Shown piece after piece: positions 1 to 9,935 of a DNA stretch of 64,000 nucleotides. The DNA is from Piromyces finnis finn (Eukaryota > Fungi > Neocallimastigomycota): the NCBI GenBank assembly GCA_002104945.1, contig MCFH01000055.1, positions 248,001-312,000 on the forward strand, in the 5' to 3' direction. Below the pieces are notes generated by a model. The model did not search any database and had not been told where the DNA came from. It worked only from the letters and a program-made list of their open reading frames with translations. Every line of letters begins with the position of its first letter. Position 1 is the stretch's first letter. The translations under genes were made by a program, and so were the position numbers.

Positions 1-952
1 CTACCCAAATGTAAGCACCAGCATCAGTTAATTTCTTTAAATCAAGATTATCTCTAAACCAACTTTCAGAAGCGTAAACTCCAGCCTTGTAACCAAGAGC
101 CTTAATCTTTTTAATGAAAGCAACAGCACAATTTGTTCTAGTAGTTTTAGATAAACCATCAGCTCTTCCAGTATTACCTGATGCACCAGATAATTCAGAA
201 TCCCAAAAGATTGGGAAATTGTTGGTCTTACCCTTTAAAAGAGTATTGACAACATAAGTAGCTTCAGCTTCAGCTTCGGCAGTAGTCTTAGCTTGAGTAA
301 AGAAATAATAACCAATCTTTGTTTTTCCTTTGAAACCATTATAGTGAGTTTCTAAACTATCATCTTTTGCTAAATTACCAGCAGATCCATATCCTCTTAT
401 ACCACAACGAAGAATAACACCATCGATTTCTTTAGCAGCAGCAGCATAGTCAGTAACAACATTCCATTGAGAAATATCAATAATTTCCTTTTGTTTAAAT
501 GTTGTTGGTTTAATAATAGTTGTAGTCTTCTTAGTGGTAGTAGTAGTCTTTTTAATAGTTGTCTTTTTAGTCGTAGTTTTTGATTTTGGTACACATAATT
601 TAACATTATTAGTTCCTGGGCATTCATAAGTATTAATTAATGTATTAAAAGTTGTTGAACACTTTGAAACATTTAAACAACGACCAGTAGCACCAAGAGC
701 TTGACCACTTCTAAGTGTAGTAACCTTTTTAATACAACAAATAACATTATCTGGATCATTTGGACATGGCCAATTTGGAGCTGAACCAGCATATTTAATA
801 GCTGAACCTTTTTGACTACCATACATTATACAATCGGTATCTTTAACACAGACACCTTCACCATAGGAACCACCATTACATGGTTGATCAATATAAGCAA
901 GTGCAGTTGGAACTGCTAATAAACTTAATAAATATTTTATATTAAAATGCAT
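1..952 (-). CDS. Secreted GH25 muramidase (lysozyme) with two N-terminal Cys-rich repeats and a Thr/Lys-rich linker; C-terminus lies beyond the window start
   Basis: Manual translation from ATG 952: MHFNIKYLLSLLAVPTALA (signal peptide), ...WPCPNDPDNVICC...ECPGTNNVKLCV, KTTTKKTT linker, then IIDISQWN...VILRCGIRGYGSAG...IGYYFFTQA...FPIFWDSE...GRADGLS...GVYASESWF. GH25 catalytic Asp and DxE motif present. No intron or stop before position 1. Confidence 0.9.
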   Translation of the reverse strand, partial: MHFNIKYLLSLLAVPTALAYIDQPCNGGSYGEGVCVKDTDCIMYGSQKGSAIKYAGSAPNWPCPNDPDNVICCIKKVTTLRSGQALGATGRCLNVSKCSTTFNTLINTYECPGTNNVKLCVPKSKTTTKKTTIKKTTTTTKKTTTIIKPTTFKQKEIIDISQWNVVTDYAAAAKEIDGVILRCGIRGYGSAGNLAKDDSLETHYNGFKGKTKIGYYFFTQAKTTAEAEAEATYVVNTLLKGKTNNFPIFWDSELSGASGNTGRADGLSKTTRTNCAVAFIKKIKALGYKAGVYASESWFRDNLDLKKLTDAGAYIWV

Positions 953-3091
953 TCTTAAGAATTTTTTTCTATTAAATTTCTTATATTTTTAAAAATTTTT
1001 TATTTTCTTTTTACTAAAAAATATATATATATATAAGGATCTATATCTATATTTATAATATTTTCTACTTTATTATTTACTGCTTTAACTCAAATAAACC
1101 AATAATATTTATTTATTAAAGTTATAATTTTCTTATTACATTATATTTATTTTTAGTTATATCATTCAACTTTGATATGTTTATTACAATTTAAGCTTCA
1201 CTAATATATAATTTATAAATTTTTTTGTATAAAAATTAAAATTTAAATTATTAAAACAAGCAACAAATGAACGATAATTTCTTTAATATATTAAAATTAT
1301 GAAAAGATAAAGATAAATTATTGGCAATTAAATTAATAAAAAATAGAAATACTCTTTTCTTATATTATTATAGTAATTTAAAAAAAAATTATTTGATTTT
1401 TTATTTATATAAAGTAAATATAAATTTTAAAATTATTTATATTCTAACCCTATTGTTGTTAAATATTTTAAATAATAATCTACTTAGCATAGAACATTAT
1501 ATTAACAATATATACAGACAGACAACATAATTTATATGTTGACATAATATTGAATGTTATTATATTATCAAATAAAAAATATTCATTATATAAAAAAAGA
1601 AAAAGAATTGATACACTGTTAATTTTTATTTTATTTTTTTTATAACTTTATCATCAAAAATAATTCTATTAATAGAATTACTAATAAAACTATTAAAATC
1701 AATATTTAATATATATATTTTTACGATTAATAGAAAATATATTTTGTTTTTATAATCTAATTCATAATTATATTCATTATTAAATTTAAAAGTTATGATT
1801 TCAAAATGTACCAGTAATCAAATACTATAAATATACATAATAGGTATTATGGATAAGAAATTTAAATATTGAGTTTTTTAACAAACAAGCAAAACAAACA
1901 AAAAAATATTACATCATTTGTATTAACAGACAACTATTCAAGGAGAAACAATAATAGAAAATAGAAAAGGCAACTAAAAATAGGAATATATTTCAATCAA
2001 ATATTACTCTAATAAATATAGTATTACAAATACAAATAATATGATTATTTCTTTTATTTTTTCTTTATAATGTAAAGAATTAATAAAGTATTATAAAAAA
2101 AATATTGACAGGATCAGTTAAAAGAAAAATAATTTTTATTACATTAAATGTGATTTTTTTTAGAAAAAATAAAAATAAGATTAGAATATATATATATATA
2201 TAATTTTAATTGTTATATGCAAAAATAACAAATAAAGAATTTTATTGTTGTTTAAAAAAGTACATTTTTATATTTTTTCTTTATTATTTTAGCATAAAAT
2301 ACTATTTTATGAATTATACTAGGTTATATATTAATGCTTATTATTTTTTTAAAAACTTTTAAAGATATATGTATATGACCTAACCTTTTTTGATAAATAT
2401 ATTAATATTAATATTAAATAAATTTAATATTGTCATTTTGTAATATAATATTGTGGTTGATTATATAATATTAAATATTATATAATCTACAACATATATT
2501 GTTTTAGATTATTGTATATTTTTATAATATTGATAAAATTATTGTTGAAGTTTCAGTTTATATATATTATTTTTTGATTACGTAAAAAGTGCAGTTTTTA
2601 ATATATTTTATGATTTTTTTTTATTAATTATATACTTTTATGAATGTTAGAGAGAGTTTCTTATTTTTAAATGTTATTGGGATACATATTTAATATTATT
2701 AAAGTTAATTATAAAACATAAAAAAGTGAATCAAACATCCTTTAAATAAATATTATATAAATGTGGCGTACTATAATATTAAGTAGTTAGTGTACTTTTA
2801 TAAATAAACAATGAAAGTTTTCTTTTATTATATATAAATATTAGTTATATATATAGATAGAAATGATATTTGTGATCACTAAAAAAAAATAAATTGAATT
2901 TGAAAATAGTTAATAAATTATATTTATCACTTTATTTTATAATTTTATATATATGATTTGATTATATAATAAATAGTGAAAAGTAGAATTATAGAATTAA
3001 AATGATCATTTTTTATATAAAATTTTAATAACATTAATATAATATGTTTTTTATCTTTATTGTTATGATCAATTTATCTGTTTTTTCATTA

Positions 3092-3127
<36 letters not shown>

Positions 3128-4915
3128 GGTTTAATAAACTATTGTATCAATAGTCTTTTTTATATAATTCATTTATAATATTATTCGGAATAATTGAATT
3201 TGCTTTATATACACCTTTATTGATTTTAGTATTAATAAAATTAACATAAATTAGTTATACAAAATCCTTTAACATATTTAAATGCATTTTTACATTTTTA
3301 ATCAATTCTATATAATAAAAAAACTTAATTATTCAAAACTCCTTTGTCCAAAAAAACCATAATTTCAGATAGCTCCATATAGAGTTTTGATATCCGATGT
3401 ATTTGTTAGTTTACTTATGAGATAATATTATTTAACAAACATGTTTTAATATTATATTTATTATATTAATTTAACTATTTCATAAGTTTTGATATTTAAA
3501 AGAGAAATGAATATATAAATGTAAAAGGAATAATGTGGCTTAATATATTTTATATAAGTCATAAAAAATCAATACATAAAAATAAAAAAGTAATTTTAAA
3601 TTAAATCATAAAAATTTAAAACAAATTATTTTGAGTTGAAACAAAAAAAAAGAGTCAAATTATCAATATTTTATATAATATACTATACTTTTTTTTTTAT
3701 AATACCTTATAGTGAATACTAAATAATAGGCAATATTTTAATTAACTTCTATCTCTCTATTCTTAAATATAAATATTATATATAATTTTATAATGAAAAT
3801 TATTTTGTAGTAGGTTAATAGGTATACAAATTGAAGTGGTATACAATACCTGTACTACTATAAGTGTTAAATAAATAAATATCAACTAATAGAATAATTT
3901 TCCAATAGGGTATTTCATTTATTAGGTAATAAAGTTTATTAACAATAGATTATAAATCTTAAAAACTAATAAATTGAATATAGTTTTTTATATACATCAA
4001 AATAATATATCACCATTTAATTAATTATAAATTAATATATTTTTAATTAAAAAAATTCTTTTTATGGCAAAAAATAAACTTTATTTTAAATAAAATTTAA
4101 TGAATTGAAAACCATAAAATTATTAAAAAACAAATTAAAAGTAAACTAATTTCCTAATTTATAAACAAGTCATACTTTTTATTACTAATTTTTCTTTTTT
4201 TTTTTTTTTTTTGAAAATTATATGCTACATAGTAATGCTTTTAAATTTGTTTAAAAAAGTAAGAGAATTAAAAAGTTTTGAATGGTAAAAATGTGAATAG
4301 AGAAAAAGAATAATGAATTACTACTTTTTTCTATCCTATTAATAAAATATTTAAAAATATTATACCACTAACAAATAAATATTTTTGGATACTTTTGATT
4401 TGTTAGAAACCTGCATATAAAAAAAAAACCTTAAATATTTATTAATCAGATTAATTAATTAGATTTTATCAATACACATTATTTCATCAAGACCATTTAA
4501 ATAATTTATTCATTAAAAATAAGAATATTGAAAAATATGAAAAGTACGAAAATATAATAATAAATAAGTAATTATTAATATAATAATCAAATTATTATTA
4601 ATGACATACTTTTAAAATACATTTTATAATATTAATTATTAGATTGATTTTATTAATAATTATTTATTAATTTTTTTTTTAGTTTTTCATTTTTTTTTTT
4701 ACATTTTTTTTTACATTTTTTATACTTGTCTAATTTAATTTAATTTTTATAAATTATATACACTTAAATTAACTATTTATATTACTTTATTTTATTGAGT
4801 AATATATTATTATACTAATAATTTCTTTTCTTTTCAATCGAAAGATAGTATATACAATCCTCTTTAAAGAGGTATTTTTTTCTTCATCTTGCTTTCGCTA
4901 TAACTTATTTTCTTC

Positions 4916-6376
4916 TTATAATGGTAAATTTGAAGATTTCTTAGACTTGCTAAGCCATAATTCACTCATTTCTTCTAAAGTCTTACCCTTAGTTTCTGGA
5001 ATTAACTTGTAAACGAATAAGGCAGAAAGAATAGAGAATATAGCGTAAATAAGGTAGGTACCGGCATCACTAATGCTTGTAAGGAATGGGAAAGTAGATG
5101 ATACAACAAGGTTAGAAGTCCATTGAACAGCAACAGCAATAGCGACAGCATTACTTCTGATAGTGTTTGGGAAAATTTCAGAAGTAAGTACCCAACAAAC
5201 TGGACCCCATGACATCATGAAAGATGCAGTGTAAATAATAATGAAAATAAGAGTTGTAATGTTCATAATATTGAAGAAAGTTAAGACACTAAGGGCAGCC
5301 ATACCAATAGTCATACCAAATGAACCAATCATAAGAAGTGGTCTACGTCCCCATCTTTCAACAGTAGAAATAGCTACGACAGTGAAAACAATGTTAACAA
5401 TACCCATAACGACAGTTTGAATCATAGCTACATCACCAGTGGCACCCATATTTTCAAAAATACGTGGAGCATAGTAGAGTACAACATTAATACCTACTGC
5501 TTGTTGGAAGAAGGAAAGTAAGACACCAACAATGATAACTAAAACACCGTAAGAGAAGAGACTTTCAGTTTTTTCTTGAAGAGTATCCTTAATTTCTTGG
5601 AGAATTCCTTCGGCATTCTTTTCACCATTGATACGAGTAAGAACATTGAGAGCCTTTTCATCATTACCTTTCATAACAAGGAAACGTGGAGTTTTTGGAA
5701 CGAATAATAATAAGATACCAAAAAGAGCAGCTGGAACAGCTTCACTTACAAACATTCTACGCCATCCGACCTTGATCATAGCTTCTTCAATAAGTTCTGG
5801 AGTGTCAGCTAATCCTTTACGGATGAAAGTATTGATAGCATAAACAACTAATTGACCAAAGATAATAGCAAATTGATTGTAAGATACTAAGACACCACGA
5901 ATCTTTGCTGGTGCAACTTCAGCGATATACATTGGACAGATAGCTGATGCCATACCGACACCAACACCACCAATAATTCTGTAAATAATGAAAGCAACTA
6001 AAACTCCAGTATTAGCTTCACCTGGTTGGTAGAAGGAGAAGTTAGAACGGAATAAGAATTCTGGCATGAAACTACCTAATGCAGAGAGGAAGAATAAAAT
6101 AGAGGCAATAATAAGTGAATATTTTCTACCTAAGTGTTGAGCTGATATACCTGAAACTAATCCACCAACAACACATCCAACAAGAGCTGATGATACAACA
6201 AAACCATGTAAGAAACCCGTTTTACTGTAATAATCAAGACTTAATTCAAAATATTTTTGTAATGCTTGTTCAGCTCCGGAAATGACAGCAGTATCATAAC
6301 CGAATAATAAACCACCGATAACGGCGACGGCACAGATACCGTAAAGATAGATTTTACTTCCTGTTTCTTTGCTCAT
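4916..6376 (-). CDS. xylE: MFS sugar porter, XylE-like D-xylose:H+ symporter, intronless
   Basis: GGLLFGYDTAVISG, YRIIGGVGVGMAS, PMYIAEVAPAKIRG, NQFAIIFG, QQAVGINVVLYY, GRRPLL, WGPVCWVLTSEIFP and PETKGKTLE motifs. Probable start MSKETGSK at 6376 (ORF track extends to 6418). Confidence 0.88.
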   Translation of the reverse strand: MSKETGSKIYLYGICAVAVIGGLLFGYDTAVISGAEQALQKYFELSLDYYSKTGFLHGFVVSSALVGCVVGGLVSGISAQHLGRKYSLIIASILFFLSALGSFMPEFLFRSNFSFYQPGEANTGVLVAFIIYRIIGGVGVGMASAICPMYIAEVAPAKIRGVLVSYNQFAIIFGQLVVYAINTFIRKGLADTPELIEEAMIKVGWRRMFVSEAVPAALFGILLLFVPKTPRFLVMKGNDEKALNVLTRINGEKNAEGILQEIKDTLQEKTESLFSYGVLVIIVGVLLSFFQQAVGINVVLYYAPRIFENMGATGDVAMIQTVVMGIVNIVFTVVAISTVERWGRRPLLMIGSFGMTIGMAALSVLTFFNIMNITTLIFIIIYTASFMMSWGPVCWVLTSEIFPNTIRSNAVAIAVAVQWTSNLVVSSTFPFLTSISDAGTYLIYAIFSILSALFVYKLIPETKGKTLEEMSELWLSKSKKSSNLPL

Positions 6377-8104
6377 ACTTTTTAACTTAAATTTTAATTT
6401 ATTGAAAAATAATATCACTTATTATTTTTTACTTTTATTTTTATTTATTTATTTAAAAAAAAAAAAGGAAAATTTTCTCTTTATATAGAAAAATTACTTA
6501 TTTTGTACTATAACAATTTAATTAAATAATTATTATATGATTAATATTTTGTTATATAAAAAATTATTCTTTTATTAAATTTATCTTCATTAATATAAAT
6601 AATAATTATAAAATTTTGTTACCGTTTACCAAAAATGTCAAATTTACTTTTTTTTTATAATAGGAAAAAAACAACAACTAAAAATTGAACAACATTTAAA
6701 ATTAATTTTTATTATTCATAACTTTAAATTAAATTTTAATAATAAATAAGATTTGACTACATAATTAATCATAATTTTTATATTAAATTTTAATTAAATT
6801 GTTTTATATCATATATATATAGTTTTTTTTTAAAAGATCATATATGCCTGTTATAGTGATATTAATTTCGCCAATTATTAAATTGATGTAATGATATAAT
6901 ATAAATATAATGATTTAATTAATTAATTCCAAACTTTAATCATTAAATTTTCACATATATTCTATTATTTTTCATTGACCATTCAATGATTATTATGGAT
7001 TTATCATTTTTTATACAACATAATTAGTTGGTATTGAAATTGATTTGCAATCTTCAAAATATATTTATTTTTTCTTATGTAGACCTAGTATATTTTTCTT
7101 TTATTTTTAAAAAGAATAAGTAACTATATTTGAGAATAACAATAAAAAACAATATATTGATAAATTATATATAAATATAATATATTGCTTTTTTTTTTAA
7201 AAAAAAAGAAAAACTAAAATAAGTAATTCCTTTTTTATTTTAATCACAAAAAATTATTTTTTAATTAAATAATTAATAACCTTTATGATTCATAAATACA
7301 TAAAAAATATATATTAAATAAATATATTTAATTAAAAATGAAATAAAAGTTTTTAACAATCAATAAATATAATTAATGAATGATTTTTATATAATTATTT
7401 TTTTCTCTCCCAATTTGTTTTTGTAATTACTTTTTCTGTAACTTTTTTTTTTAAAAAAAAGTTTAAAAAAATGGAACAAATTATTATTGCTTCTTAATTT
7501 TTAATAAAAAATATTTAATATAACTTTCTAATAAAGGTAAAAATGTTCAAATGTAGTAAAACATAAAAAGAACTCTCTTTTTTATAATATAAATTTGTTA
7601 TTTTTATTGTAACATTTTAATTAAATTTTAATATTTGAATGTGAAAAATTTTTTTTCACATTAAATTTTTTTTTTAGTATTGCAATATATTGATTATAAA
7701 AATAATTTATGATAATAATACAAATAATATGTATATTAATAAAATATAGGACTATGTTTATAGTTTTTCATTAAAAGCCAACAATTAATAAAAAATGAAA
7801 AGTTTCATTGATGAAATATTAAAAGTTATTTATTATAATCGTATAATCGTATAATGAATATTATGTTTGAAAATATTAATTTGTATTACATTAAGATATT
7901 ATCAACTTGAGAAAAATGTCATAATGATGCATTTTATTTTTTCATGAAAATTCATTAATATTATAATAATTAGTAAAATAAACATTATTTAGAAAGTTAT
8001 ACTTTCACTCTAAATTTTCTATTATTTGGTATAATATAAAAATTACAGTAAGAATATAATATACATTATTATTTTTTTCATTTATAATATTTGTATACAT
8101 GACC

Positions 8105-8560
8105 ATTATTATTACAGTTATTATAATAATTATTATCATTATTATCAGTATTATAATTATTATTACAGTTACTATAATAATTATTATCATTATTATCAGT
8201 ATTATAATTATTATTATAGTTATTATAATTATTATTATCATTATTGTTAGTGATATAATTATTATAATTATTATTATAATTATTATAATAATTATTATCA
8301 TTATTATCAGTATTATAATTATTTTTATAGTTATTATAATTATTATTATCATTATTGTTAGTGTTATAATTATTATAATTATTATTATTATTGTTAATAT
8401 TATAATTATTATTATAGTTATAATTATTATTATAATTATTTTTATCATTATTAATATTGCTATAATTATCATAACTAGCATTGTTTTTATTATTATTATT
8501 TTTGGTATCATAATCATTGGAATAGCTGTAATAGTTGTTATTATCATTATAATTATTATA
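8105..8560. repeat. Degenerate AAT/TAT-rich coding tandem repeats (NNDNNNYYNNYNNNYN-like units)
   Basis: Repeated attattatcattattatcagtattataatt-type units; they also generate the spurious poly-Ile ORFs in other frames. Confidence 0.8.
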
Positions 8561-9380
8561 TATGAATTTATTTTTATTATTAGTTTTATTGAAAATATTA
8601 TTGGAATTATAGACACAGTCATTATTTTTAAAAGTTGAATTGTTGAAAGCTACATAATTATAATTATCATCATCATTATTATTATTTGTATTATTTACAT
8701 ATGAATAAAAGGAGCTTGTGTTATTTATATCACTTTTAGGATTTAAAGGAGAAAGATTATTATCTAGGTGTTGATTAGTTTGAAATGTTGAGAAATCATT
8801 ACAATTATTGAATGCTGTTATATTATGAGATAAATTATTTTCAGTGCGATTTGGTGGAATCATATTATTATTTATATTTATATTAGTAGTGTTTTTATTA
8901 TTTATTTGATATGTATTATTTACAAGTGTAAATCTTTCATTATCATTACCATTTATATTATCTATATTATTTTTAATATGACTTATATTATATGGCAATT
9001 TATTATATGAAAAGCTATCATTATTACAATAGTAAGTTTGATTTCGAAAAGTATCATAAATTCTTGGTGGGAATGAAATGTTATAAAAAGTAATTCTGAA
9101 GTTAAACTCAGAATTAAATTTTATTGTTTTGACGTTCTTATTGTAGGGTTTAAAAAAAATATCTGAGTAATATTTATAGTCGTTTTCTTTATTTTCTTTT
9201 AATAATTCATATTGTTTTTTAATGATACAACTTTTTCTTCTAATAAATTGTTTTTTTGATCTTAGAGAAAAAAAACTCACTTAAATTCATAACTTCACCA
9301 TTTACTAAAATTGCAAAAAAATAAACATTAAATCTTTTGTTCCATTTATCATTAAATGATTCTGACCTATTGTTATTACT

Positions 9381-9935
9381 TTTTTTTTTTTTTTTTTTTT
9401 TAACTTCCGAGTGCATTTCTCCCATCGATCAGAGTTAGCTCCAATGGTGGTTCTTAGAGAAACGTTGGCTCATTCCTATTGCTAGGTGGTTGTGACCCTC
9501 CTGGTCTGTCATACTGTTTCTTCAGCTTCGACGCTCACTTAATCCATGTACATTAGATGCATGTCGTTGTACGATATTTCACAACTACAATGCTAAGCCT
9601 CTTATAGTCAATTTGATCACGTGTCAACCGCCCCCTAATGTTTACACTTAAATTGATTAAGGAATATTATGTGTTTTTGGCATAGCCTAAGTCACCACTT
9701 ATTAAGTTCTAATTTGGAATGTACCATGTACACTAGACCCTCTCAGGCCGGCTAGACGAGTGTTATTATCATAGTAGTAAATTAGAAAGTTCATTTATAC
9801 TTACCTGAATATCATAACCCAACCCATGGCAAACCCAGTGGGAAAATCCACAGGCACTGACATCTGCGGGGTCGAACCAGAAGCCTTATGTATGCTAAGG
9901 AAACGCCTTAACAACCAGGATAAAAACTGGAACGA
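9381..9935 (-). mobile_element. tRNA-Ala(AGC)-derived SINE with poly(A) tail and 13-bp TSD
   Basis: TSD TATTGTTATTACT at 9368-9380 and 9936-9948; poly-T at 9381-9401 (poly-A on the minus strand). Head reads ...GTTAAGGCGTTTCC-TTAGCAT-ACATA-AGGCT-TCTGG-TTCGACC-CC, i.e. an AGC anticodon loop, a 5-nt variable loop and a B box GGTTCGACCCC. GC content is well above the flanks. Confidence 0.85.

Noticed and set aside
1321-1530. Short AT-rich ORFs in the track (e.g. 1321, 11021, 14722, 17601, 27979, 29718, 60138-62732 plus strand)
   Set aside because: Low-complexity intergenic ORFs or antisense shadows of real genes, with no motifs.
3335-3430. Short coding-like stretch on the minus strand (YLISKLTNTSDIKTLYGAI*NYGFFGQRSFE)
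   Set aside because: Too short, contains a stop, and has no recognisable motif.
4858-4880. CCTCTTTAAAGAGG palindrome plus T-tract downstream of xylE, as a possible retained bacterial terminator
   Set aside because: The T-tract is on the wrong side for a minus-strand gene, and short palindromes are common at this AT content.
7638-7660. RRPE-like TGAAAAATTTT near-palindrome
   Set aside because: Expected by chance in A/T-saturated DNA and not next to a ribosome-biogenesis gene.
8005-8638. Poly-Ile ORFs 8005-8622 (-) and 8099-8638 (+)
   Set aside because: Alternative-frame readings of the AAT/ATT repeats in the Asn-rich gene.
9855-9930. Possible functional tRNA-Ala gene
   Set aside because: The anticodon and T stems do not pair properly and it lies within a TSD-flanked, poly(A)-tailed insertion, so it is a SINE head.
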